In this document: positions 17,085 to 27,044 of the stretch, in pieces
Numbering within the stretch: the first letter of the stretch is position 1
Layout of the letters: each line of letters starts with the position of its first letter
Assembly: GCA_937893205.1 (NCBI GenBank)
Contig: CALBJU010000274.1
Span: forward strand, 1-31,728
Reading direction: 5' to 3'
DNA from: an uncultured Bacteroidota bacterium
GTDB taxonomy: Bacteria; Bacteroidota; Rhodothermia; Rhodothermales; UBA10348
DNA: 31,728 nt
The notes under the pieces: model-generated
The model's input: only the letters and a program-made list of their open reading frames with translations
The model's database searches: none
What the model was told of the DNA's origin: nothing
Translations under genes and position numbers: made by a program

Positions 17085-17805
17085 CTACGACTGCAGTGTG
17101 CGTTCGAGGTAAGCCTTCAGCCTACTCCAGGCGTCGAGCCTAGGAGCTGATCGCGTTTCCAGGTCCTGATCGACACGAAGCCAGAATCCGTGACTGACTT
17201 CGTCATAGATGTGGAGACCGTTTTCTATTCCTGCAGCCTCGAGAGCGGCTTCGAAGGCTTCGACATGCTCGGGCGCCGGGCCTCCGTCGAGTTGCGCAAA
17301 CGTGCCATATACTTCATGACTCATGGAAGCCAGCACTTCCGGGTCGTCGACAAGGCGGCCGTAAAAGATGGCAGTAGCTTCGTGATCGACGCCGTCGAGG
17401 CCGAATGAGAGCGATTCCACCTCCAAAGCACCAACCCATGGTGCCGACACGTCCAGTTACATCTTCGCGAGCACGCAGGAGTGATACGGCCGCATCGAGG
17501 TTTGCGATGACGCCGGGCATGTCTTCGCCAGCAGCCGTCATGAGGGCGATGTTCTCATCGCGGTTGGTACCAAGCTCTCCCGAGTAGAGGTCAGCAGCTA
17601 GCGTGACGTAGCCCTCGGCTGCAAAATCGTCCGCGAGTTGGCGCACGCGGTCTGTCAACCCATTCCACTCGTGGATGATCACGAGAGAAGGAAATGGGCC
17701 GTCGCCTTCCGGTACGGAGAGATAACCTGTCGTAGCCATGTCGCCTTCGAGGTAATGCACATCCTCGCCCTCGAGGTCTCCGCCGTTGCCGATGATGGCC
17801 GGGGG
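17085..17805 (-). pseudogene. Dienelactone hydrolase family protein, 5'-truncated and frameshifted
   Basis: IIHEWNGL, GYVTLAADLY and GWCFGG lie in one frame; AIFYG, LDGG and SHGF lie in another. The frame break is at a (CT)n tract, 17407-17411, where +2 nt restores GGIALSFG. There is no credible start; the frame runs into the serine hydrolase fragment. Confidence 0.85.
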
Positions 17806-17806
17806 A

Positions 17807-18448
17807 TGGACCGGTGATGGATATGGCGCCTGGATACGCTCGTCCGACACCGAAGCCTTCTTGATCGACCAGCCCCTGCTGTACCCTGCAGGAACGGTGC
17901 ACTCGTATAATTCTGCAGCCGTCCATCTGCTGAGTGTGCTGACCTCCGAACTGGTGGGTCAATCGTTCATCAGCTATGCGGACAGTCGACTCTTTCATCC
18001 GCTCGGGATAATCGATCGAGAGTGGGAGATGTTTGATTCTGGATACCCAAATGGCGGTGCGGGAATCGATCTCCACGCGCGAGACCTTGCCAAGATCGGT
18101 CAACTCTTTTTACAGCGTGGCATGTCCGGTGATCGCCAGATCATACCTGGAGCGTGGGTTGATGAAGCCACCTCCTCCAAGTTTGCGTTCACGCTGAATC
18201 ACGCGGGTCTGACCAATATTTCGTACGGATACCTGTGGTGGACAGACGAGACCTACGGCGTCTCCTCGTACTTCGCGTGGGGATACGGCGGACAGTACAT
18301 CTATGTATCTCCCGCAAGAAATCTTGTGGTGGTTATAACGACCAGTCATCAGAACGTGCACCAGGAATTCGGGGGCGAAAACGAGACGGCGACAGCGGCA
18401 CTCGAAGTGATTTCGCGACACATTTTGGGAGCAGTGAGTCAGGAATAG
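17807..18448 (+). pseudogene. Serine hydrolase (beta-lactamase/AmpC-like family), 3' fragment lacking the SxxK region
   Basis: PAGTVHSYNS, LFHPLGI, ARDLAKIGQLFLQRG, IIPGAWVDEAT, YGYLWW and FAWGYGGQYIYVSPARNLVVV are present. There is no SxxK motif and no N-terminal part. The left boundary is uncertain by about 20 nt. Confidence 0.85.
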
Positions 18449-18486
18449 TCCGGCGGCCAGTCATGTAGATGCAGAGCTCTACCCGA

Positions 18487-18515
18487 TTGCGATCCGGCTG
18501 AGAGACGGATCGCAA
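18487..18515. terminator. Hairpin between convergent genes (possible terminator)
   Basis: TTGCGATCCG-N9-CGGATCGCAA, a 10-bp perfect stem with no clear U-tract. Confidence 0.45.
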
Positions 18516-18631
18516 CGAGTGACAAGTACTTGATCGAAATGTCACCATTCGACCAGAAACACTCTGCGAGCGCGTCTTCGTGTCGAACCAGCTTAATCCG
18601 GGCTATCCGTGGAGATGGGAGTCGCCACTAC

Positions 18632-21004
18632 CTACAGATCTATCTCCCTTTTCCGAACGAGGAAAAGACCCTCGGTTTTGCTGCTTACGGCGATAATGCC
18701 GCTTTCGAAGAACGGATAATTTCCCCAAGATCCCGCAAATCCATAAATATTTTCGGCGTTGGGGGCCGTGTCGAAGTGGCCAACTTCCACCGGGTTGGTA
18801 GGATCGGTGATATCCAGGATGACAAGGCCCGCATTGTAATTCGACTCGTAGACGAAATTGCCTTTCACAAAGAGATTGTGGTCGCTGGCTCCGTTACTGA
18901 GAAACACTTCTTTGACGAGCAGAGGGTCATCCAGATCACTCACATCCCAGACGAGTGTGCGCGTCCGATCGAATATCTTATTCATCTCGTCGAGCTCGTC
19001 ATTCATGTAGAAATAATTGTGATCCTCACTGAGCCATCCCTGGTGCGTGTAGGCAGTGTTGGGATAGGTCGCATTGGCTACTGTCACCGGATTGCTCTTG
19101 TCTGTGACATCGGCGATCAAGAAGGAGCGTCCGTTTGAGTTGAGACAGATTTCCTTTCCATTGTAGTCATTGTCGCTGCCATGATAAATGACGCATTGTG
19201 CATCGTGCGTTCCACCAGAGTTTGGATCGTTGAAGCATCCTGCAAATGTTGGATTGAGGGGATCGTGCAGATCGATCATGTGCAGCTGACCACCGCAGCC
19301 TTCTGCGCTGCGTCCGGTTCCTACCGCATAGCCAAATCCCGTGTCTTCATTGATAATGAGGTTGTGCGCGCTGGCAATGCCGGTGTAGCGCGCCGTTTCC
19401 TGGAAGTCGACGGGCATGTCGGCCACATCCACATCGCGAAGCTGCGTGAGGTCGAATATCTGCATACCGTGATTTTCGGCGCCGCCAGAGACGATATAAG
19501 CATGATCTTTATACACTTTGACATCCCTCCATGTGCTCCCCGGGGATCCTTCGGTGCGCATGAGTTGACCGACCACCCTCGGATGAGACGGGTCTCCGAT
19601 GTCCACAAAGGAGAGGCCGTCGGTGCGGGCAGCCAGCACCCATTCCCGCCCGGTTTCCGGATCGGTCCAGCCCCAGATGTCGTTCAATTGTGCTCCGCGG
19701 TCGTTCACCATCTCGCTTGCCGATATGAAGGAAATCAGGTCAACGTCATCGCAGGGAAACAGATCGGCGACCAGGCCTTCCTCACACTCCCTCTTTTCGC
19801 CCGAAATCGATTCATAGTAGTTGATGTCGTTTTCGAAAACGCTGGCGCGAGCCCAATTTCCGGAGTTTGATCGTTCAAACAGGGAAGCGATGCCCGCTTC
19901 GTAGTCGGCATTGGGTGAGCCGAGGACGGCCACATCCCCTTCGAGGGCGATTCCCACTCCAAATCCTCTCGAAGTGCGATCGTCAGGCGCTTCGAGCACC
20001 GTGTATCCGGCGTCCAGATCATTCGTATCGAACGTGAAAACCGCGTTTCGAGCGCCAACCATCAGTGTGCCTTCAGATACGGCCAGTCCGAGACCAAACT
20101 GAGGCCGCCTTCTCGATTCTTCGTCAGCAGCGGGAGGCATCAGGGTGTGAGAACGTGTCCATGCACCTTCTGAATTTTTTTCATAGACCAGAACTCCGCC
20201 TGCGCCTGCGTGGCCCATTGCCCCAACGTAGAGGCGTCCGCCGTCCGCGGCCAGAGAACGGCCGAAGAGGGCGCCTTCTTCCAGTTCATCTTCAGTGAGG
20301 GTCGCTGAATGGACCCAATTCCGACTGTCCACATACTCGTAGATCAGGACACCGCCCTTATCGCCGTCAACACTCGGCGTACCGATGAAGAGCGTACTCC
20401 CGGATGAAGCGAGGGACCAGGCATTTGCTTCAGTGAGGACGCCCATGTCCATCCACATCATTCCCATCTGGTGAATGACGTGCACGGCCCCCTCGTTCGT
20501 GTCGGCGTTGTAAGAGGTGACCAGAACGTTGTTTTCAACGGTCGTCATCGTCTGAGGGCGGTATCCACCTCGCGCATAGGCTCCGGCGAACTCCGCGCCC
20601 TCTTTCAAGCCGGAGGCTTCCACTTTGGCTGTTTCGCTCCACTCGCCATCTTTCTTTTCAAACACGTAGACGGCCTTCACTCCCGGGGCGCCCACCAGCA
20701 AGCGGGCACCATCGACCAGAATAGATCGGCCGAAATCGTCGCCCAGCATCCCGTCCTTTGCCTGAAGCCTTGTTGCTTCGGCCCACTCGCCTTGATCATC
20801 GCGGCGATAAATGTAGACTTCTCCAGCCGGGTCCGATCCCCTCGGCCAGCTGATAGTCGCAGACCCGACAAAGACCTCACCGTCAGATATCGCCACGGCT
20901 CCTCCGAATCCAAGAAAGGATCCCTGACTTTCGGAGTAATAGGACTGGGCGTTAGCCGTCAGGACAAAAAGCAGAAGGAAGAGAGCGGACAGGTAGTTTT
21001 TCAT
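18632..21004 (-). CDS. Choice-of-anchor B family protein with N-terminal FG-GAP/beta-propeller repeats
   Basis: Signal peptide, FGRSILVDG..LLVGAPG-type repeats, NDIWGWTDPETGREW, WRDVKVYKDHAYIVS, HDAQCVIYHG, YTHQGWL, YMNDELDE, SNYNAGL and WGNYPFFESG. Confidence 0.92.
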   Translation of the reverse strand: MKNYLSALFLLLFVLTANAQSYYSESQGSFLGFGGAVAISDGEVFVGSATISWPRGSDPAGEVYIYRRDDQGEWAEATRLQAKDGMLGDDFGRSILVDGARLLVGAPGVKAVYVFEKKDGEWSETAKVEASGLKEGAEFAGAYARGGYRPQTMTTVENNVLVTSYNADTNEGAVHVIHQMGMMWMDMGVLTEANAWSLASSGSTLFIGTPSVDGDKGGVLIYEYVDSRNWVHSATLTEDELEEGALFGRSLAADGGRLYVGAMGHAGAGGVLVYEKNSEGAWTRSHTLMPPAADEESRRRPQFGLGLAVSEGTLMVGARNAVFTFDTNDLDAGYTVLEAPDDRTSRGFGVGIALEGDVAVLGSPNADYEAGIASLFERSNSGNWARASVFENDINYYESISGEKRECEEGLVADLFPCDDVDLISFISASEMVNDRGAQLNDIWGWTDPETGREWVLAARTDGLSFVDIGDPSHPRVVGQLMRTEGSPGSTWRDVKVYKDHAYIVSGGAENHGMQIFDLTQLRDVDVADMPVDFQETARYTGIASAHNLIINEDTGFGYAVGTGRSAEGCGGQLHMIDLHDPLNPTFAGCFNDPNSGGTHDAQCVIYHGSDNDYNGKEICLNSNGRSFLIADVTDKSNPVTVANATYPNTAYTHQGWLSEDHNYFYMNDELDEMNKIFDRTRTLVWDVSDLDDPLLVKEVFLSNGASDHNLFVKGNFVYESNYNAGLVILDITDPTNPVEVGHFDTAPNAENIYGFAGSWGNYPFFESGIIAVSSKTEGLFLVRKREIDL

Positions 21005-21181
21005 GATCTGAATCTTGGAGAGCTGTTTCGCGCGATATCGGTTGCCAAGAGGTCAGTATACGATTCAAAAAGGCGTTTTTCACGCAATCTGGAGGGCCTT
21101 GAAGAGGCGATGGGGCCTGCTTGTTGTCGTCCATTTCATGCATTCTGAGCTGGATCGCGGAAACGTCAACAAATAACTGAT

Positions 21182-21271
21182 TCAGTCGACAGACCGCCCA
21201 AAGAGCATGCGCCACCGGACATCTTCGACCGTGCGAGAGCGCTCATTGCCCTCTGAGTCCTCATAGTCCTC
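21182..21271 (-). pseudogene. 3' remnant of an unidentified gene
   Basis: Minus-strand frame EDYEDSEGNERSRTVEDVRWRMLFGRSVD* is protein-like, ends at the TGA at 21182 and abuts the ABC permease fragment. I do not recognise the family. Confidence 0.4.
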
Positions 21272-21571
21272 GAACGACGCACGAGAGAGATGGGGATCCG
21301 CAAAGCGCTGGGAGCATCCGGCAGATCCGTGGTGATGTTGCTCTCCAAAGACCTCGCGCGTCTGGTTCTGATTGCCAACGTCATCGCCTGGCCCGTTGCC
21401 TACTATGCGGCAGACAGCTGGCTTCAGAACTATCCGTTCCGCTCTGAAATAGCACCCTGGATCTTCATTTCTGCTACACTTGGAGCGATGTTGATCGCCT
21501 GGCTAAGCATCAGCTACCGAGCACTCCAGGTGTCACGAGCCAATCCTGTGGAAGCGCTAAGGTATGAGTGA
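21272..21571 (+). pseudogene. FtsX/MacB-like ABC transporter permease, last ~99 codons only
   Basis: ERRTREMGIRKALGAS, LVLIANVIAWPVAYY, WLQNYPFR and RANPVEALRYE are the standard C-terminus. An in-frame TGA at 21254 lies upstream and there is no upstream homology. Confidence 0.9.
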
Positions 21572-21664
21572 GGGGTGGTTGGGTGTGAAGGCGGTGCTCG
21601 ACGCATCTTTTACTAGCGTCCAGATGGTAGATTGGCGGCTCTACCCGGAATAACCTCTGAGCCC

Positions 21665-24001
21665 ATGCCGTCGATCAAACCATTCTTGAGCATTGTTGGA
21701 TTATGTCTGTTCGCTCTCGCGCCGTCTCTTGCACAAGAGCGGTCTGTTTCTCGCAGGTCTGATCTGGAGATCGCCATTCCGAAATTGGAAATTCCCGTGA
21801 TGTCCATCGACGGATACTTGAATGAAGAAGTATGGAGCCAGGCCGCAGTGACAGGCGATTTCATGCAGTATACCCCGGTGGATGGAAGGCCGGCTGAAGA
21901 CGGCACGAAGGTTCTGCTGTGGTACGATTCAAGCGCTCTTTACATCGGGATTGAGGCGGAAGAGATCCACGGAGAAGTACGTTCCACCCTGGCTGACCGC
22001 GACAATCTGGACAACGACGATCGCATACTGATCGTGTTGGATACGTATGACGATCAGCGTTCGGCTTTTGCTTTCATCGTCAATCCGATAGGACAGCAAG
22101 CTGATGGTACGCTCAGAGACGCATCGTCTTCTAGTGGGTTTGGACGCGGCGGCGGGGAAGCGTTCTCGGTCGATGAAAACCCGGACTATGTGTTCACCTC
22201 TCAAGGACGACTGACCGAATCTGGCTACGTTGTGGAGATTGAAATCCCCTTCAAGAGTCTCCGTTTCGGCAAATCTGCATCACAAAATTGGGGATTTAAC
22301 GTGCTTCGCAAAGTCCAACACTCGGGCTACTGGTCGTCATGGAGTGGCGTCCGGCTGGGTGGAGCTTCGTTTCTCGCGCAAAATGGCTCGCTTTCTGGAC
22401 TCTCAGAGTTGAGCCGCGGACGCGTTCTGGATATCAATCCGGAAATCCGTGGAGCCTTGAAAAGAGGTCCCGATCCAGAAACGTTTGAGAGAGACACGAC
22501 CGACCCATTAGGGTTGAACGTACGATATGGCCTCTCCTCGAATATGGTTCTGAATGCGACCCTGAATCCGGACTTTTCGCAAATTGAGGCCGATGTAGTC
22601 CAGATTAACTACGATCCACGCCGGTCTGTATCCTTTCCGGAAAAACGCCCGTTCTTCCTGGATGGCATCGAAATGTTCAGGACACCGACCCGGCTTATTT
22701 ATACCCGGAGCATCGCCAATCCACTTGCCGCGGTTAAAGTGGCAGGAAAGTCTGGATCCACTACCATCGCGGCGTTATCAGCCGTGGACAACGCTGGACC
22801 CTCGATCGCTGATGTGGATGCGGCCTACGTGAACGCGATCCGTCTGAAAAGAGACCTGGGCGCACAAAACAGCGTGGGCGTGGTCTACACGGACCGAATG
22901 CACGATGACTGGGCAAATCGGGTGTTCGCCATCGATGGAAATGTTATTGCGAGGGACAAGTATTCCTTTCGCGCGCAAACAGGATTCAGTTCCACGTCCG
23001 ACATTGATGGCCTGGCACCTATGTGGAACGCGAGCGCCAGTGTATCCACCCGGAAATGGTCCGGCGGACTCAACACGAGCGGTTATCATGCCGATTTCGA
23101 CCCCGCAGTCGGCTTTCTGAGTCGTGGCAACCAAGTGTCTATCGGCGCAAATGTCGTGAGAACCATTTACGGAAACGAAGGCGATTTTCTTGAAAGGTCA
23201 ACCCTTTCGTTCCGCCTGTCGGGGGCGTGGGATTACGACGGCTTCATGAACGGCGACGATCCAGAAGATATCAGATTCTATCCGACCTTTAGTTTCCAGA
23301 TGCGGGGCGGATGGGGTCTGAGAATTTTTACCTGGATAGAGACATTCGGCTATCCTGGCAACTTCTTCACCCACTACTACCTCAAAACGGATGCTGGTTT
23401 TGAGCCTTACAAAGGCGTTCCGAATCTGTTCAACATCGGTCCGATGATCACCCTTTCGACTCCTCAGTTCAATCGCTTCTCAGGATTTATCCGATATGCA
23501 TTTGGCCGGGATCCCAACTATGACGAGTGGGCCGACGCAAACATCCGGACTATTGAATTGGAAGGCAGGTACACGCCTACAGATCAGTTACGCTTCGAGC
23601 TGAGATATGACCATCAGCAGCATTTTAGGGCTTCGGACAAATCACTGGTTTCGTTGAGCCGTGTTCCGAGGCTCAAAATCGAATATCAGGTGACACCAAC
23701 CTTGTTTGTTCGCTTTGTCGGTCAGTATCGCTCGTTATACAAAGATGCTCTCCGGGATGACTCGAGGACCGATCTTCCCATTTATTTCCTTTCGGACGAC
23801 GGGAGCTACGTGAAGGCGGACAGCCGGCGTACGAACAATATCCAGGCGGACTTCCTGCTTTCCTATCGTCCGACACCTGGGACTGTCGTATTCGTCGGGT
23901 ACGGAACAGCGATGAGCGAAGAGGACACGTACCGATTTCGCAATCTGACGCGCCAAGCCGACGGCTTCTTCATGAAGTTGAGCTACCTGTTCCGAGTTTA
24001 A
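21665..24001 (+). CDS. DUF5916 / carbohydrate-binding family 9-like outer-membrane protein
   Basis: IDGYLNEEVW, DTYDDQRSAFAFIVNPIGQQ, YVVEIEIPFKSLRF, LNATLNPDFSQIEAD, FPEKRPFFLDG and the C-terminal FMKLSYLF. Confidence 0.9.
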   Translation: MPSIKPFLSIVGLCLFALAPSLAQERSVSRRSDLEIAIPKLEIPVMSIDGYLNEEVWSQAAVTGDFMQYTPVDGRPAEDGTKVLLWYDSSALYIGIEAEEIHGEVRSTLADRDNLDNDDRILIVLDTYDDQRSAFAFIVNPIGQQADGTLRDASSSSGFGRGGGEAFSVDENPDYVFTSQGRLTESGYVVEIEIPFKSLRFGKSASQNWGFNVLRKVQHSGYWSSWSGVRLGGASFLAQNGSLSGLSELSRGRVLDINPEIRGALKRGPDPETFERDTTDPLGLNVRYGLSSNMVLNATLNPDFSQIEADVVQINYDPRRSVSFPEKRPFFLDGIEMFRTPTRLIYTRSIANPLAAVKVAGKSGSTTIAALSAVDNAGPSIADVDAAYVNAIRLKRDLGAQNSVGVVYTDRMHDDWANRVFAIDGNVIARDKYSFRAQTGFSSTSDIDGLAPMWNASASVSTRKWSGGLNTSGYHADFDPAVGFLSRGNQVSIGANVVRTIYGNEGDFLERSTLSFRLSGAWDYDGFMNGDDPEDIRFYPTFSFQMRGGWGLRIFTWIETFGYPGNFFTHYYLKTDAGFEPYKGVPNLFNIGPMITLSTPQFNRFSGFIRYAFGRDPNYDEWADANIRTIELEGRYTPTDQLRFELRYDHQQHFRASDKSLVSLSRVPRLKIEYQVTPTLFVRFVGQYRSLYKDALRDDSRTDLPIYFLSDDGSYVKADSRRTNNIQADFLLSYRPTPGTVVFVGYGTAMSEEDTYRFRNLTRQADGFFMKLSYLFRV

Positions 24002-24132
24002 CACGGCTCGAGGCCGCTCCTCTGGCGTTGTCGTGCCCGTCATGTGTTTGCACTCTCGCATTATTGATAGTACCGTTAAAATCTCCCTACTGTCGGGAAT
24101 CCACCACCGGGTACTAAACGAAGAGGCCCCTC

Positions 24133-25971
24133 GTGAATACTACTCTATCCCGCTATGCCGCATTTCTAGTAGCAGTCAGCCTTGCCTGGATCTCGACTTC
24201 GTGCGTGCTCGCGCAGGATAATCAGGGCGAACCAGGTGAGAATCAGGCGAGTATGGAGGAGGCAGTCGCCTTCATTGCTCAGGTGGAAAATGAACTTGAA
24301 GATCTCGGGTTGAAGCTGCTTCGGGCGAAGTGGGTACAATGGACTTACATCACGCACGACACTGAACAAATTGTGGCAGACGCCAGCGACGCATTTGGCG
24401 CCGCCTCAATCCAGTTTGTCAAGGACGCCGGGCGCTATGATGATGTGGAACTGCCGTCCGAACTCCGACGAAAATTCGACATCCTCCGATCCCTGCTCGT
24501 GACGCCGGCTCCGGGAGATCCAGCCCTCAACGCGGAGGTATCGAGACTCTACACCGAGCTCACTTCGATGGCTGCTCGACCTGAGTACTGTGATGAAGAC
24601 GGGACCTGTTACGAAATTGACGAACTCAACCGGATCATGAGGACGAGCCGAGATCCAGACAGCCTGAAGTTCGCCTGGCAAGTTGGTAGACTCGCGACAC
24701 CACCCATGCGCGAAAAGTACACGCGCTTTGCAGAACTGATGAATGAAGGGGCTCGCGAGCTTGGTTTTGCCGATCTGGGTGAGATGTGGCGCTCCACCTA
24801 TGATATGGATCCAGACGATTTTATCTATGATTTGGACCGGGTTTGGGAGCAGGTAAAGCCCCTATACGTCGCCCTGCATTGCTTAACGCGTGATACCCTT
24901 CAAGATTTGTACGGTGAAGAGGTTGTGCGCGAGGGCGAACCGATACCCGCGCACCTGTTGGGAAGCATGTCCAGCTCGGGATGGGCGAATCTATTTGAAC
25001 TTATGGTGCCCGAAAACGCAGATCCCGGTTACGATCTGACTGCAATATTGCAGGAGAAAGGACTGGACGAACGCGGTATGGCTGAGTATGGCGAGCGGTT
25101 TTTCACATCACTGGGCCTCGATCCTCTACCCGATACGTTCTGGGAGCGCTCCATGTTCAAGCGGCCAGCCGATCGAGACGTCGTGTGCGGTGCTAGTGCG
25201 TGGGACCTGGATGACAAGGACGATATTCGCATAAAGATGTGTATCGAGATCACCGGAAGGAGCCTGCAGACGGTGCATCACGAAATCGGTCATAACATCT
25301 ACCAGCGGGCGTATCAAGACCAGCCTACTCTTTTCAGGGCGAGCGCCAACTACGGATTTCACGAGGCTCTGGGTAGCACGATGGCACTGTCTCTGACCCC
25401 GCGATATCTGGTAGAGACAAATCTGTTGGAACGGGAGCCTGAAAATGCCAGTGATATTGCGGTGCTCCTTCGCAGTGCGCTGGGCAAGGTGATCTCAGTG
25501 CCGAATGGCCTGATGATCGACCGGTGGCGCTGGAAAGTGTTCAGTGGTGAAATCGGGCCAGAAGACTACAACCGCGGATGGTGGGAGCTTCGAGAAGAGT
25601 TCCAGGGAATCGCACCGCCGGTAAAACGTCCTGAACATCTTTTTGACCCTGGAACGAGACGCCATATCCCAACAAACGTCCCGTACACGAGGTATTTTGT
25701 GTCGCAGATCGTCCAGTTCCAATTCCACCGGGCACTCTGTGAGATTGCTGGCCAGGAAGGTCCCCTACACCTTTGTTCGATATACGGAAGCAAAGAGGCT
25801 GGCGCGCGGCTGAAAGTGTTCATGGAAATGGGAAGACAGTATCCATGGCCGGATGCACTCGAAGCCCTGACTGGAGAGCGAAACATGGACGCTTCTGCAC
25901 TGCTCGAGTATTACGAACCGCTCCGACGCTGGCTCGACGAGCAGAACAGCGGTAAAATGTGCGGATGGTAG
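24133..25971 (+). CDS. M2 family metallopeptidase (ACE-like peptidyl-dipeptidase homolog), divergent active-site pocket
   Basis: GTG start and signal peptide. PIPAHLLG, LPDTFWERSMF, IRIKMC, HHEIGH, GFHEALG, DRWRWKVFSG, VPYTRYF, QFQFHRALC and CSIYGSKEAG are present. Confidence 0.93.
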   Translation: MNTTLSRYAAFLVAVSLAWISTSCVLAQDNQGEPGENQASMEEAVAFIAQVENELEDLGLKLLRAKWVQWTYITHDTEQIVADASDAFGAASIQFVKDAGRYDDVELPSELRRKFDILRSLLVTPAPGDPALNAEVSRLYTELTSMAARPEYCDEDGTCYEIDELNRIMRTSRDPDSLKFAWQVGRLATPPMREKYTRFAELMNEGARELGFADLGEMWRSTYDMDPDDFIYDLDRVWEQVKPLYVALHCLTRDTLQDLYGEEVVREGEPIPAHLLGSMSSSGWANLFELMVPENADPGYDLTAILQEKGLDERGMAEYGERFFTSLGLDPLPDTFWERSMFKRPADRDVVCGASAWDLDDKDDIRIKMCIEITGRSLQTVHHEIGHNIYQRAYQDQPTLFRASANYGFHEALGSTMALSLTPRYLVETNLLEREPENASDIAVLLRSALGKVISVPNGLMIDRWRWKVFSGEIGPEDYNRGWWELREEFQGIAPPVKRPEHLFDPGTRRHIPTNVPYTRYFVSQIVQFQFHRALCEIAGQEGPLHLCSIYGSKEAGARLKVFMEMGRQYPWPDALEALTGERNMDASALLEYYEPLRRWLDEQNSGKMCGW

Positions 25972-26254
25972 AAGAGAATGCACTGGAGCTACCGTTCCAC
26001 TCATTGCGTTGTCGTAATGAAGAGGTCATAATGATGAGATTGTTTGAGTGGCAGCATTATCTTTGTAGTGGAAATCTTCGGAGTGGTCAGTCAATACATA
26101 TCGGCGCCATGCCGAACGTCGTGGGCATTGAAGTGAGCTTCGAGTTGGCCAGCCGACATTGTTCCACGGATGATCACCTCGACTATTATTTCCACATTCC
26201 ACGTGGACACTTCGCACTCACGACTTCAAAGGAATAATCAACTCATTCGGAAAA

Positions 26255-26869
26255 ATGCGCATAACACCACTTTTATTTGTTGCTCTACTTTTAGCCCCTT
26301 CATTAGCCATCGCTCAGATGCGGCCTGCCTCACCTCGCGGGGAAGCTGCCACACAGGTTGGCGGATCCTACGATGACGGAGATTACGGTGGCGGAAGTTG
26401 GGTGGCTGTCGATTATGGCCGACCAATTCTTCGCGGTCGCACTATGATCTTCGGCGAAGGAGAATCCTACGGCGAGGTCGTCAATTCTGACGCGCCGGTG
26501 TGGCGGGCAGGTGCAAATAAGACTACCGTGTTTACGACCGAAACTGATCTGATCTTCGATGGTGAACATCTACCTGCCGGTGAATATTCGTTCTTCATTG
26601 ACCTGGCAGAAAATGAATGGACGCTGATCTTGTCGAATCACATAGTGAGGCCAGGTTTTCGCTCAGAAGAAGCCGGGCTCTGGGGATCATTTGGATACGT
26701 GGAAGAGAAGGACGCGCTACGTGCCCCAATGGCGCTGAAAGAAGCTCCCATGTCATTCGATCAGCTAACGATTGCCTTCGTAGATATGACTAAAGATGGT
26801 GGAACACTGGCCGTCATGTGGGAGGATGTATTGGCAACTGTCGAGTTCTCCGCGGCGAATACCCACTAG
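26255..26869 (+). CDS. DUF2911 domain-containing secreted protein
   Basis: Signal peptide, PASPRG, VDYGRPILRGR.IFG, VWRAGANKTT, LPAGEYSFFI, FDQLTI and LAVMWE. Confidence 0.92.
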   Translation: MRITPLLFVALLLAPSLAIAQMRPASPRGEAATQVGGSYDDGDYGGGSWVAVDYGRPILRGRTMIFGEGESYGEVVNSDAPVWRAGANKTTVFTTETDLIFDGEHLPAGEYSFFIDLAENEWTLILSNHIVRPGFRSEEAGLWGSFGYVEEKDALRAPMALKEAPMSFDQLTIAFVDMTKDGGTLAVMWEDVLATVEFSAANTH

Positions 26870-26945
26870 TCCACAGAACGGGCGAGGATGCGTAGCTCCA
26901 ATGGACCCTTTCTCTCGCTGGTCTGACGCTCAGTGCGAAAAGTAA

Positions 26946-26978
26946 AAAGGCGAATCGGCGTGAAGCCGATTCGCCTTT
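26946..26978. terminator. Bidirectional rho-independent terminator
   Basis: AAAGGCGAATCGGC-GTGAA-GCCGATTCGCCTTT, a 14-bp perfect stem with an A-tract on the left and a T-tract on the right, between convergent genes. Confidence 0.85.
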
Positions 26979-27044
26979 CTAGGTACCATAATCGTAGTTC
27001 CATCTATTTTGGACTTGCGACAGAAGCAAGTTTCGAAGCTCTAT

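Noticed and set aside
25959-26237. 92-aa ORF between the M2 peptidase and DUF2911
   Set aside because: It overlaps the M2 stop, has atypical composition and no recognisable motif in any frame, so I treated it as intergenic.
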